DNA of 64,000 bases, from the NCBI GenBank assembly GCA_001643675.2, contig LSRY02000010.1, positions 620,001 to 684,000 of the forward strand, in the 5' to 3' direction. Both the position numbers and the translations under genes were made by a program. This DNA comes from Monocercomonoides exilis PA203. Taxonomy: Eukaryota; Protista; Preaxostyla. Under the pieces are notes generated by a model. It made no database searches. It worked only from the letters and a program-made list of their open reading frames with translations, and had not been told where the DNA came from. Position 1 is the stretch's first letter; each line of letters begins with the position of its first letter. Positions 23,101 to 38,100 of the stretch are shown in pieces.

Positions 23101-26100
23101 GACAACACTGTGCAATACAGTTGGTTTTAGTTCCCACATCAACGTCGAATGTGAAGCTTCCAACATTAGATTTGAGGTTCGTCGCAAACTATGGGCTGAA
23201 TCTGATGATCCCTCACTCATTGAATTCGAAATTGATGTTGAAGATTTCGAGCATCCAGTGCTTGATGGAAAAGTTTGTGGGGAATAAAATGAAATAAGAG
23301 GATAGCAATGATTCGCTCGATACCGAAATGGAACTTGAAAGCATGTTCTCATTGCTGACAAAGATAGCACATCTTCTTTCACTTCTTCTGATTCATTTTC
23401 TTGCTTGCTTTTCAATGAAGTCTTTTCATTCAAATGTTCTTGCCTCGAATCTGGTGGAAGAGGGATATAGCGATTTTGTTTTCCTCTGACAATTTCGTCC
23501 GGCTGCTGCCTAAGAGCAGCAAGCGCTTCTCCTGTTGGAATCAAAAGCTCAACGGCAATTGGCAGCGGTAAAACGTTTTCAATGCACAAAGGAGATGATA
23601 GTATCATATTGCGCACAGAAGACGCTGGAGCAATAAAAGATGACTGAAGCGTTGCTGGTGACAGAGACGAAGAGGAATACGAAGATGGCGATCCTTCTCT
23701 AAATGCCATTGATGATGAGCTTGCTGGATGAAACGTTGGATATGGAGAATTACCAGAAGAAGAAGCAACTCTGAGCAAAGATGAAGTAATAGAGCCGGTT
23801 GTGGAAAATGAGAAAAATGATTGTGTTGTAGTTTTGTTTGTCTCACCTGCAAGTGTTGAATAGCTGACCATTGAAGAAACAGTTTCGTAGCCTTCGCTCG
23901 AAACAAACAAAGATAAATATAGTTCAACCGGAGACATTTGAGCATATTTCATCGAAGATGCAGCTATTTTCTTTTTTATATTTACATCAGAAATATCTTT
24001 GTTTGAATTATCTTGTTTTTGTTTTGTTTCCAAAGCATCATTCTTTTCGTTTTTATCATTTCTTTCAATTGCGGAGCACACAAGATATGTGTTTGTTCCG
24101 GCAGTTGCCCTTGGAATTGAAAGAGGTTGAGACTGCTCCCATTCACTCAAATGATCGAATCCCTCTTGTTCTGCTCCATGAACAGGTACAAAGGAGATCT
24201 TATGGCGAAGACACTTGACGGGAACAAATGCTGACTGATGTGGTGCAATAACTGGTAAAGTTATAAGAGTATGGTTTTGAGGATCAAATGATGAATGCAA
24301 TGATGAAGAAGCAGAATGCTGTGGGTTATTTCTGAAAGAATTGGCAGTAAATTGCGGTTGTGAATGTCGAGTTGATGAAAGATCTGATGAACTTGTTATT
24401 GAGTTCATTTGATCTTTTTGAGTATAATTTGAGTATAACTGCACTTGTTCCTTTTGTTTCTTCTCTTTCCATAGCAACACTTTCATTGGAAGAACTGTGT
24501 AGTTTGTGATCATCAGTGGACTGCTTATAAACAACACTCGCTGACTGCCTCTGCTCATCATTTGCAGACGAACACTCGTCCCAGCTTCACGACCAGTGCG
24601 CGCCACAAGCGGAAACACTGCTACCGTCAAAAGAGAGAGATCAACAATTGGCAGTGGGTCAAAATCTTCCAGTTCCAAAATAATAGCTTTGCTGGTATGA
24701 TGGCGTGATGAAGATGACGCTGAAGTCTCATTTGTTTGTCCATCCAAGTTGATTGACCCATTTGCCAAAGGAGAGGATTGTGCTTTATTTGTTTGGGAAT
24801 GAAGAGTAAAAGGTAATGGAGATTCCATGAAGGGCTGGACAATTGTATATTCCGTTTCATCAAACAATGAAGCTTTTTTAACTGTTGCGTTCGCCTTTGA
24901 TTTATTTTGTTGGACTTTCGTTGCATTCTGCAAAGTATCCAAAGAGAGATTCTGATTATTTTCGAGCAATTCATCATTCGAAGAAATAGCGTTATTTGAA
25001 TCATTCAGGATTATGGACTCATTTTTTGCATCAGAAACCAGATGAGCAATGCTTTTGTTTGAATCATTATCTGTATTCTCTCCTTCGACCATGACTGCTT
25101 CTGGAATTGAATCTTTAAGGCGAAATGTTTGCTTTGGCAATGCAAATCGAACGATACACCCCGTCGCATTACGAATAACAAAGTCTGGTGGTTTTTGAGG
25201 CCTGACAGCCGAGACAGTGTGCCAAGGAGCAATCGAAGAATTCATCTCTGAAGAACTTATCAATTCTTTTGTTTGACTTGTTTGCAAAGAAGATGCTGCA
25301 TGATTTGAGTCAGGTTGTTGATCTATACCTTCAACAGAAGCATTGTTTTGCGGTGATGCATGTTCCTGTTCCAAAGGAGAAGTGTTGTTTATTTGGTGAC
25401 TCTTTAAAACATCTGTGCTTGGTGTTATTGCTTCAACTTTTTCTTCCCATTGATTTGTAGAAATCTTTGAAGCTGGTCCATTTGAGTTGCGAGTGAATGA
25501 TGTGTTGAGAACATTTGTATTTTCTTCTTCTTTTGAAGTTTTGCTCTTTCTTCCATTTTCATCATTTTTATTCTTCAAGGATTTCAAGCGTTTTTCTCTT
25601 TGTTTGTTTGTATGTTTGTTTTTATTCTTCATTCTCCAAACTCCACTGTTCACAAAGAAATCCACACAATTCCCTGCCGCCCTGACCATTCCTGGTGAAA
25701 TGTTCACCCTGAGAGGTGTCAAGATCGAGATTCCCACAGAATGTGAAACAATATCTGTTACTACGCTTGCCAAGATCCATTCGAAAATATCATCAGAATG
25801 AGCAGAATGTAATGTTGAAGGCAGATTTGAAGAACGCTTTGAACTGCCAACAGATGGAAGAGAAGTGAATAACGTGGAAAACGGTGGAGCAACGCTAGAA
25901 AGAGAATTAAGAGCCTTCATAAGCACAGAAGGAACACAACTTTGCGACTGCTCTCTGTTGTGAGGAGATGAAGAAGCTGATAATGAAGAAGAAAGTTGGC
26001 CAATTGCAGGGCTCGTCTGCTGGGCTGTTCCCACAGAGCGCACTGTTGCCATCAGATTTGGGTGTGTGGCTTCCACGCTCTGCTGAGGAGTGATGTGGAA

Positions 26101-29100
26101 GTTGAACAAAAACGGCTCGATCAAAGGCTCGTAAGCAATCACTCTGTTGTTAAAGTACTCAACACTGAATTGCATTTCTCCAAGACAAAAACAAGCAAAA
26201 AATGAAGTCAACTTCTTTAGCTGCTGTTGTTGCAGTTGAAGCATCTTTGGTTGTAGCATTTGTGGAATTTGTGGTCGAGGAGGTGTTGCAGCGTTTGTGA
26301 AGAGCGGAACAAGAGATGGTGAAGATGACAATGAAGTTGACGATAAGGAAGAATACGACGAAAATGAGTCTCTCTTTTCAAGGTTTTTCCACATCATATC
26401 AGAAGAGACAGTTGAAGCCTGAGAAGAATGCTGCAATTGAGAATTTGACTTAGAATTTTCTGCAGATGCGTGTTCCATTGGGATGATCTGCTCATCGACA
26501 AGAAGGCTATCTCCGCAGCCAACAAGTGCAGCTTCAACACGATACTTCTTTAAGTTTAGTTTGAAAAGCCCATTTGCTCCATCACTTGCATATCCGTCTC
26601 CAAAAAGATGCAAAGTAACGAGAGGAATATCGACAGAAACAAAGAGCAAAGCATGTGACAGCCAGAATGCAAGGCAATCAAAATAATTAAATGGAGAGCT
26701 GAAAACGTTTGAAGGGAGACTCCACAATGGAGCATTCGGCTTTAACGAAGTATTTTGAGCAGCCGCAAGCAGCTTTTCCTTGCTTTGATACGGAAGTGGT
26801 GTGGATGAATGAGAAATGTGACGAGAATGATGATAAATTTGAGAAGATGAATGAGATTTAAATATATGATCTTTATGTAATGTCTCATCGTTTGTGCTTA
26901 ACGCTGTATTTTTTTCTGTGAAATTTGTATTATCATCCATTTTTTGCAATAATGCATTTGTAACTTTTGACATAATCTCAAGTGAAGTTGGTGACATTGA
27001 CGGAGCAACTTGTGTGTCATTTAAATTCTTGTTTTTTGCAGCATTCGATATCTTTATTTTTTTCTCTTTTCTCAGATTCTTTTCATCAGAATCTGACACT
27101 TGTTCGCTGGATAGACTTTCATCTTCTCTATTTTCGTAATCACTTTCAGAATTTTGTTGCAAGCCAAGTTCATCGACTAAAGCATTTGCAACTTCTATCA
27201 GGTGATCGATCCACATAATGTCCACCATGCTGAAGCCAACTATCACAGGATGCGGCACTTTCACAATTGCCTGAGCGAACATTCCGTTTGGCAAGATTTG
27301 CGTTGGGACAAGAACAGAAGTGATTGATTTCGAATGTGATTCTCTACTCCTTTCTCTTTTGTCTCTGAACGAACTTCTCTCTGTTTCATCCGAATCAACA
27401 ATCTGAATAATATCTTCATCATCAAAATCTTCGTCATCGTCGTCGTCCGAAATAAGTTCAAAATCGTCTACACTCTCATTTCCATCAGTGAGTTCAAGCT
27501 CTTCCTCGGAAGTTATTCGTTTTTCATTCAAAACATCACTTGTTCCTAAATCATGATTGGTTGCGGGTTCGCTAGCAGGACTTAACAAACTTTGCCTTAA
27601 TACTTGTTCAGCTGGAGGTGTTAATGGTTGAGGAGCATGTAAATCAAAAGATTCTGCAGATACTAACATGAAATCGTTCTGCAAATCAGTTGAATGTGTT
27701 CGCTTTCTGTGCTTTCCATTTGAAACTTGCTTAGATGGTGTATTGTCTTGCGAAGATGGCAGCAAAAGAGAAAATGAAGGATTTCTAATGTGTACATTCT
27801 CATACAATGTTGTTGTTCCTGTCAAGATAGCATCTAACTGAACAACAACATCAATATTTGACGTTATCGTTCTCAAAGGCTCCGTTTCACTTGACGCGTT
27901 CTTTCCGTTCCGCCTCTTTTCTGATGAATTCACATTAGATTTTGCAGAGACATAACTTGTGCTATTACTGTCGGAAAATGGTTGAGAGCGAATCTGCGTT
28001 TCATAAAGTTTTGCATTCGTTACAGCCAATTTCAAACATAGTTCCTGTTCAACATAAAGAGTATCAGTATAAAGATATGGTTTTGTTTTCTCAACTTTCT
28101 TTTTATTTCCATTGCTTTCTGAATTATTCCCTGACGATTCAAGAGGCGACGTTGGTTCTTTTGCCGAAGATGCCTCAGAATTAACTAACGGAGATGAAGA
28201 ATGTGATCGGGTTCCTGCCTGCGGCAAAATGCCTATAAACGCAGGAGTGGAAGCTGTCTGAAGACCAGGAATGCTGTGTGACATTGGAGGAAGTGGATGA
28301 ATTGAATTCTGCGATGTGTTAAGTATCGATGGAAGGAATTCTGGTGGTGTTGACAAAGAATGTGCAACGGCTGTTGGAGAATTAGGTGTTGTAAAAAGTC
28401 CATTTGATGTATTTGCATTTTGTTTGTTAGGCTTAGCATTTGGTTTTGGAGGAACATATGTTATAGCTTCAAGTGAAGAACAGCTGTTAGTAATTGAATT
28501 GTATGGCGGGACAGAATATGATGAAGAAGGAGACAATGACTGTGAATGCGAATGTCCCATTAGTCTGGCTGACTGAGGCCTTTCTGAAGGAAGTTGGGAA
28601 GAAGAAGACGAAAGGGAAGAGTATGAACCATGTGAATATGACTCAAATGCACTTGAGGGAAAGAGAGTCGAGGTTGTTTGAGAAGTCATTCTAGGCGTGT
28701 TAGAAATGGATGCATATGACTCCGATCTACGGATTTCACGAAGTCCATTGTTTTCATTTGGATTTCTTTCAGCATCCTCCGTCGAAGATTGAGTGGCAAT
28801 TGACGAAAAGCATAAAGGCTGCTTTTGGAGCAAAGTTGATGGCAAAGGAGATTTGAAGAGAATTTTAGTCCCACCTCTCTGAAAAGGAAGAGGAACAAAA
28901 TTCAGTCCAGATCTTGAAAGCTTCTCAATCCAACTTTCCTGGTACCTTCGCTTATTTGGTGATGCAGCAGTTTTTCTCAGTTGCTGCTGCTGTCTCATTT
29001 TCAATGTATTTTTTCTAGATCGCATAATAATATCTGCTGTTGTTTCATTCAGCGACATGGTTTCGACTGAAGTAAGAGAAGCAGCAGACTCAACTTCTTT

Positions 29101-32100
29101 AATTTCGGAAATTGTTTCAATCTCCTCTTTTTCAAACAACTTGTCACTGTTAACAGAGTCTTCACCTTTTGTATCTAAGATCTTCTTAAGCTCGCTATTT
29201 GATGAAGGTCCTTCTGAAAACACAAGTGTTACAGATGCTGATGCAATCATTGCGGAAGAAGAATCGCTTTTCGGCTGGGCAACAAGGCATGCTTCTGCGT
29301 TGATAAGAGTTAGAGTTATTCGAACAGAAGAGGAAATGAATGGAAGAGGAGGAAAAGAGGAACAAGGAATCGAATTTGCTGACTGTTTATCTGATATCGA
29401 TGAATAATACGGATAGGGCTCCAAAGAGCTCAATGTTCCTCTTCGTGAATGTGAACCCATATTCGTTGTTTGTTGATAGTTTGTTAAAGAGACAGAAGAT
29501 GAAGAACGACTAAATGTTGATCCGTTCCAAGAGTTTTGAGATTGCTCTCTTTGGCAGAATTTGTCATTTTCTTGGGGTGGCATAGTTGATGATGTTCCTT
29601 TGGTCGCATTGAAATCTGTTGGTAATTGTTTTCGAGAAGGAGATATTGTCCGTCCCGAAGCTGAAATCAAAGGTGGCGAATTAACTCTCTCAATAACATG
29701 TTCTTGAACAAAGTTTTCTTCTTCTTCTTCTGAAGATATTCCTTTATTCAGCATTGAAGGAGCAATGATCCCTGTGTATCCATATATCGCTTTGTCAACT
29801 GATTGCAATGGGATTGGGAGAGCAGATTTATCCACAACAAGCTTTGTTGCCTTGTTCTCTGCTATTTCAGCTTCAATAACAGTTTGAACAATTTCTATTG
29901 CTTTTGACATGCGAAGCACATAATCCTCCACAAGCTTTGCAACAGCCATGTCAAATTCCATGTTTATCAGCACTCGAGGCGAACTCACGCCAACACGAAC
30001 ATCAAGTCCGAGAAGAGGAGAAGCTGAGATTGCCGCAGCAATGCAGTTGACAGTTTGTGAAGGCCTTGCGATTTGTGACGAGGAAGATGCTTTCGAAGGC
30101 AGTGAATGGTGGTTGTTCTGAGATTGAGAAAGATTATTAGATGAAGAAGTTTGGCGCAAAGGTGATGTTACATTTGAAACCGAAGATTGCTTAGCTGTTG
30201 ACGTAGTTGGTTTTTCAAAAGATAATACATAACTATATCCATCAAGAGTTGGCAATTGAGTGCGGGAAAATGGATATTCCAAGTTTATATTTGCAGCTCT
30301 GTTATTTGAAAAATGAGGCGATGCAAATGATGATGATGAAGAAGACGAAGCGGAAGAAGATGAAAGAGTGGAAGAAGCCTGTTCTGAATACGCACGGATA
30401 AGCTTTTGAACAGATTTGTCGCTGTAGCGAGGCCTCGTATCTCTGATGCTTGCTGACTCAATTGTTGCAAGCATCCAAAGTGATTGATCCATAAACATCT
30501 GCATTTTCACAGACACTCCGGATATATTCGAGCAAGCAAGTGAAGAATAAGTAATTTCCTTTGAACGAATGGAAGAAGAAGCAAAGTGCTTCGAGCTAGG
30601 AAACGGTGAATTTTGTTGAGAATTCTCAACAAACTGATCTAAGTGATTGCTTGCAGTAGTCAACTGGTGGAATGATAAAGCAGGTCTTGATATGGTTGTA
30701 GGAGATAAAGGAGGAAGTTGTCCATTTGCTCTTAGTTCAGAAAGATGACCTGAATTAAGCTCATTTTCAAAGCCAGGAGAATGGAATGGCTCAGATAGCT
30801 TTGAACTTCGGTGCAATTCAGTTGGAGAAGATGGAAGGGATGAAGCAGGAGACGATGGAGAATACATTGCCGGAGGCGAAGGAGCAGGCGAAGCATCAAA
30901 GGAGGATTTACCAACTGGCTGTGAAGAAACAGAAGCAGATGAATTATAAAAAGCATTGAGAAGAGCGAGCTGATGCTTTGAGACTGTTGGACGATACGGC
31001 CTATACCCTTCGACCAGTTCGATCTGAAGCAATGGCAGCTTCACTGACATATCAACAGCGGTAATGGAATCAAAATGTTTCGAATGTATTTCTCTAAGTT
31101 TGCATCTCAGAAGGTGTGGGAAAGATATACATGGTGGCTGAGAAACTTGAATTGGTGAATAAGATGAAGAAGAAGTTGAGTGTTGAGAGTATCTCTCGTA
31201 AAGTGAAGCAGCATTAATCAATGAAGAAGGGAGAGGAACTGAATACGTAGTTGGAGAAGTCTGTGGAGAAAATGAAGGTGTTGAAATCGGTTCGGGTGAT
31301 GGAGAAAGAGAAACAGATCTCGAAGGAGATGGCGAAGGCGATAAATAAGGAGTGAAGCTATCTTGGCTTTGTTGCATTGATAGTGGACGAGCAATCGGTA
31401 ATGTGGATGGTAGGTTGCTCGATTCGTTAACACCAACAAGAATAAACCCGCTTTCCTCTTCTCGTTGAGATAGTTTGCTTTGTGGCTGCTTTTCTTCTGT
31501 TTGTGCTATTTCGTTTGCTTTGAGTTGTGATGAATCATTTTGTAATCCATCAGAACTATCTGATGGCTTGTCTGTTGCAGAATTATTCTCCAAATTTGGT
31601 TGTTTTGATTGTCCGTTTTGTAAACTATCATCGGTTTGCCTGCCTTTTTCATTTTCTGCATTGCTTTTGCTATTTTGTACATTATCAGAAGTTGCCTGCA
31701 ACGATTCAGCTGTCATATGAGCATCCGCAATTGGTGCTGTCTTCGTAGCAATTTCTGGGTTTGAGATTTTCTCCACAAGATTTCCTCTACAGATGGTAAT
31801 CGCAATACCAACTTGCTTTTCATCAACACTCACATTGAGGTTATCAAATGCGACAGACATTGATAAACTGGGAACAGTATTGGATTCAGAGGATAAATTG
31901 GCAACTTCATTTTGCTGCTCGCTTGAAAAGTTTGGCAATGGTGAAGTTTGTGGAAGTGAACTTGAAGTTGGAGAATGATCTAAAAGCTTTGTTTCGTGGT
32001 TGTCATTTCCTTCAGAAATATTGCTTTGTGCTTTTGAAGCAGAAAGTACTTCAACAGAGGCAAACGAAATCGAAACAGAACAGCCAAATCCTTTCAAAAT

Positions 32101-35100
32101 AGGAGATTCCTCGACAATTCCGATGCTATATAAAAGCAATCCCCAATCTGTATGTTGCTTATCAGACATTTCGTTTGCGTTATTTGCAGTTTGCAAAGCA
32201 GAAAAAGAAGTTGACGGCTTGCAATCTTGTGGATAGGAATCTGAAGAAGATATTTGAAGGGAACTAGTTGACACAGTGTTTTGTTTCTTTAACGCTGAAA
32301 TTGCAAGAGATGAGGTCGAAGACAAAGAAGCAGGAGATAAAGAAAGAGCAGTACTGTGTTTTTCGGAAAAATGTTCTTGATGTTGTGCTTGATTTTCTGT
32401 TTCAGTTGTTTCGATAGCATATCTGCAGGAAGATGAAATAAGAACAGATTTGTTCTTTGCCGCTCTGGCGGTTTCAATTGAAACATCAACAAGCTGAATG
32501 GAAAGGGGAGGTATTGCAGAGTGGACAAGCTTTGTGTTGTATGGTGTTGGAGGTGACCGTAAATTATCAGAAGAAGAAGAAGTTAGGGAAGAACTCGTCG
32601 TTAGCAGATGGGAAGGAGATGAAGATTCATTCAAAGGTGACTGGGCATCTTGCTCCATCCTTGAAATAGATCCAATTCTTAACAGCCGAGGAGTCTGTGG
32701 TTTTGCAAAACTGTGAAAAGAAGATGATGATTCCAAACCAAAAGAAGAGTCTTCATTTTGCAATGTTCTCACGGTCAATTTTCCCAAAGAAATTAAAAGC
32801 ATTTCACTTGACTGTCGTTTCGTGGGGATAAATATTAGAGGACTGTCAATTATGGCATTTATTTTTAGCAAAGGAATTGCAGGCTTTCTCTTATGTGATA
32901 TCTCTGGAAAATCATTGGACTCTTTTTGATTCGAAGCAGATGGAGATGGAGATGGAGAACTTGACAGCGCAGAGTCTGTTTGAGAGATTGAATATCCGAT
33001 GGGAGCTTGGGAATATAAAGACGACATTCCCAATCGCTGAGACATTTCTGAGGCAAATGGATCTTCATTATGGCTTGACAGCAGGCGTATGGCATTGTCG
33101 ATGGTTCCAAGTGAACCAACAACAACTTCATCCAAACCATTCAAAAATGAAAGAAGTTCTCTGACAAAAACAGACAGAAATACAACTCTAAGAGATTCGC
33201 ATCTCAGATTCACAGCGATCGCCTGAGGCGTCTGAGGGACTTGAGGGCACTCCATTTCCTTTGTATTAAGTTCCATAAATTGTTGGTTTGATGGTTTTTC
33301 AATTTCCACTTGAGCTGATAAGCATTCCTTTTCTGCATTCTCGTAGTCCACAAGCGCAGCCAAAACAGGATATTTCTCTCTTCTTCTGCGCTTTTGCAAT
33401 ATCCCTTTTTGTTTATTGAGAAGATTCAGAGTTTTAAATGAAGATATTCCAAAGTCAAGTGCCGTGGATGCAACTGAATCGTCCAGGTGCAGTCTCAAAC
33501 TGTGCAAAATTGATATAGTTAGAGGAGTCGTAGCTTTTGACAGCTTGACAATAAATGAATGTGCAAATAAATCAACAGAAGTCGTTTTCAATGGAATTAA
33601 AGGATGTGCATCATCTGAAAAATCAAATGTATTTTGAGATGAGCCAGAAATACTTCGTTGATTGAAAGCATTTTGCGAACTGCCTTGTTCTTTCTTTTCC
33701 TTCTTTCTCTTTGTTTCTTCATTCAACTGAAATCGTTGCAATAACTGTGTCAATGTTATGATCCATTCAGAACTCAAAATACTCTGAAGAACAGCAATTG
33801 AACGAAGAGCTGTAGCTTTTTGTATTTCTATTCCCATTGAACTGATAGCAGCAAAAATGTGATTATGCACTTCTACTGGAATGCTCTTGGATTGAGATAA
33901 ATGCTCTGATAACGCATTCCCATCTGAGCTTATGGGATACATACAACTTGAAAGTGCTTCATCATCGATCATTACATTTGAAGAAAAATTACTGTTGCTT
34001 TGACTATATTCATCTTTCTTTTCATTTAAATTATTTTGCATTTGACAGTTAAGTTGCTTTACCGCAGAAAATTTCTCCTCAGTAATTAACATCACTCTCA
34101 ACAGTTCGTCATCCGAAAAAGAATTTCCTGAAAAGGATGAATTTTCATTCTTTGTTAGGGAAAGATGTTTGGAACGTACATCGCTAACTATTTGTTTTCC
34201 TCTTTGGAATAATGAATCATTGCAAAATGGAATTGATACATTCTGTTTCATTTCTTCTGTAAGTTCAAACAACTTATTCACATTCTTTTCTCCAACGGCA
34301 GATATTCTAGTTTTAACTGTTTCAAGATTATTCAAGCGATTAAAATTAGTTTGCTCATCCTCAATTGCAAGATCTTGGATTTTCAAAGATGCAAGTTGTT
34401 GATAAGCACCTTTAGCATAAGCATAATCGAGACCAAGGACAGATAACGAGATTGCTGTTGAAACTAATTCACCGGTTTTGCCTTTGTTAATAATTTGTCC
34501 ATTGTTGTGTTCTTTTTCTGATTTATGAAACCCTCTCAGTTTGACGGATATTTCTTCAATAGTTCCATCCGTTTCAATAAAAAAATCTTCTTCAGATTGT
34601 AATGCGAGTGAATTATCATAATCATGTGAGAAAATTGTCAGGTTTCCTCCATAGTTCTTAATATCAACGCACACAATCGCTGACTTCTTTAAAGAGATTT
34701 CTGAATCTTGAACGGTATTTCCTCTATTTTGCCTTTCATATAAAGTATTTGAAACAATTGCAGCTGTAAAACCTTTCAGTGTTATATTTGCATCGAGAAT
34801 AACTGTTCTATGAGGGCGTTCAAGTGGGCCGAACCAAGAAGAATCAATAAATGTATTTTTTGTTTCATCTTCAAAAGCTACAACATTATTCGGTGTGTTT
34901 TGAGTTGAGGGACTCGTTTGGAGATTCAAATTTGGTGAATCAAATGCTTCATAAAAAGTCTGAGGAGATGCAACTTTTGAAGCTGTGTTTGCAATTTGAC
35001 TTAATCTTTCATGCATCTTTTGACCTAAATCTTTGTCATTCATTTTCTGTGCATTCAATTCTTTTCTATTATTAGCCGTTGCAAGTTGCGTTTGAGGAAT

Positions 35101-38100
35101 GAGTGTTGAAGAATGCTTTCTTTCAAATGGTTTATTTGCTAATTCATTCTTTGTTTCTTTCAAAGAAGCCTTTTGCTGTGGAATAGAAGATATGACTTCT
35201 TGGTAGAGAATATCAACAGTTGAAATAATCTTTGAAAGTGTTGATTCAACCACTGCCATGACAATTGTCCCCAAATCAATCACAACATAATAAAGTGGTG
35301 GCTGACTGGCTTTCATCATATTTTTCTGAGAGTCAGATTCCAATTGAGGATTTGGCAAAGACGGAGTTGAAGAGCCATCAGAAATAGATGCGCTGGCTTG
35401 CAATGAAAATGGCTTCAGCAATTGGTCCGAATTCTTAATGCACAATGAAACTGGCAATTCATCTGAAGATGAAATTATAAATGATGGTTGTGTTACTGAA
35501 GATTGGCCTACTGTTATTAAACTTATTGAAAGATCGCTTACTGAAGCAAACTGGCGCATATGCTTATTTGTTGTTCCGTCTTTGAGTATTGCATCTGAAT
35601 CTTCATTGTTCAATCGTGCAGAGCCAATCTCAACAACAACACCATTAATGGTGAGATCATTTGTTTCCGGAATAATCGCATCTGAGGTGCTTGATGAAGA
35701 ATATCCATTTTTTGGATTTTCTACAACTTTGTTGTTGTTTTTCTTTCTTCCCCCATTTGCCAAAATCATCATTTTGTCTTTCTCTTCGCATAACACCCCA
35801 ATTCTCATTTTGCCACAAGTTGCATCAATTTTCCATTTCGTCAGAATTGTCTCATTGTTCATCAAAGCGGCTCCTGCTTCCACAACAGCTTCGGTTGCAT
35901 TTTCGCTGATAAGGTCTTTGAGAGACGTAAGCATTTCAACAATGGCTGTAGATGATGTCACATATGACATCAAACTTCCAACGAAAGACGGGTTAATCAA
36001 GGCAGACATTGGTCCAACTGAAATAGACAGCGAACCTTGTTGTTGAGATGAAGCTTCCGATTCAACCTCAGGGAATGTTCCATTCTTCAGATTATTCTGA
36101 ATAAGAGGTGATGAACTTGCACTTGGAATAAACACTGAAACCATCATTCCATCCTCTCTTTCTGAAAATGAATTGTAATTCATCGAAGTGGCTTGTTGAG
36201 AATAATTTGAAGAAGATTGTGGAGAAGTGTGCTGCTGTAATGACGAAAGCAAGCTCGCATGATGTCTTCCAAGATGAGACTTTCCAATGCATATCAAACC
36301 AGTTTGAATTGTTCCGCTTTTTAACTTTTTGGTATCTGACTGGTTGACTAATCCTTTCTGTCTGAAAGAATCACTTTGTCTACTTGTTTGGAAAAGATGT
36401 AAATTCATCAAATCGCCAACTGACGACAAAGTTTGAGCAAATTCCACATTTTCGAGCCTTTCAAGCTGAAGTCCTCTCCATCCTCTTCTGTCAATCACAT
36501 CCACTTCTCCAACACTCCCTCCGATTCTCCATTCTTCGTTTTTCTGCTTCACATTCGCACAAATCGAATGCACCTCCACTGAGCACAGTGCTCCACGTCT
36601 TTTGTGCAAGACAACTCGGATGGAGTCCATTGAAGCATCAACAGCCAGCTTAATTTGACTTTGACGAACGTTGGAGAATTCCTTTGCGATAAGCTGATAA
36701 ATATCAAGTTCCTTGTTGCTGTCAGCATCTTCTTCATTTTGTTCAAATATCTTTTCTGATTGCGGCTGGTTAGCTTGAGAAGGAGACGTAATATCAACGT
36801 TATCCTTTGTCATATCAATTTGTGTGTTTGGCAATTGAGATTCTTTTGTGACTGGGAGCTCAACATCAGCGCTTGATAATTGAGTCCTTTCTTCCGGTAA
36901 GTCAGACTCAGAAGATGATGAATGAAGCCCTGAAGGAAATGAATGGAATTCTTGTGGAGAATTCTGCTCCTTATAAACAGCCGAAGATTGAGACGGGGAA
37001 TGAGAAGTTGACGATGAGCGGGAATCTGAAAAGGCAGCTGAACCGGTTTCTGTTGAAGAGAATGGAGAATTATCAGATTTTTTTGATTCCATTTCAGTTT
37101 CGCTTTTGTTTGGCTTTAAGCTTGTGTTGATAAAACGCTTGATTTTTTCTGGAAGAGCCAGGTATGTTCTCTTTGTGGACTCGATAAGTTCCACAATGAT
37201 TTCTTTGTCAAATCCGACCTGAAACGGCTGAGCATGCAGCTTTATTGCTGTCTTAACTCCATCGTTGTATGCAGAAGTTCTGTGTGTGTTGCACATTTCG
37301 AAGTAGAATAAAGGAGATGATGATTGAGAATTAACATTTGATGTTGATGGACTTAAACTTGCATGTATGGATGGTGATAATAAAGAAGTGTGAGATGGAG
37401 GAAGAGGAGGCATTGCAGATGAAAAAGCAAATGAACTTGAAGCCATCGATTGCTCGTTTGAAGCATTTGACGAGGAAGATGCAGAAGAAGAGTTTGCTGT
37501 TGGAAAGGCTGGTTGATGTGCAGCTGGTGAAAGCGATGTGGTCATTTGACTTTGAAGATGAAGTGGTGCTGGATTTGTCTGAATTGGCGACAGCTGGTGT
37601 TGTGTTGATGGGAGTGTCTGTGGAACTGAAGAATGAACTGAAATCGGTGTTGTGGCATGAGATGTGGCTAGAGAAAACGATGAAACCTGAGTTGTGGAAG
37701 AAGCGGAAGAGTGATGTGAAACTGAACTGAAGGCAGAAACATCAGCAAAGGCTGACTTTGTGGAAGAGAATCGATTGTCCGAAAAGAAATATGACAGAAA
37801 AGACGGAGCTTTTGAACCGAAACGAACGCGTTGCCAGAACTGCTGAGACGATGCAAGCGCCAACGAAGGTGGGATGAAGCTGTAATTATGCTCTTCTGTT
37901 GATGGCTCCGTGAATATCAGATTAGAATTGCGTGTGGCATTTGAATTGAGCACCAAAGAGAAGCTTGGTGTTGAAGAAGACGATGAAGGACCAGCATCTA
38001 AGCTGAAAGAGCGTTGGTTGCTACTTGTGAATGAGCTTCCAAGAGAAAAGGGTGCATTTGGGGTGGACTGATGAAGCAACGGTGAATTTTGTGGGATGGA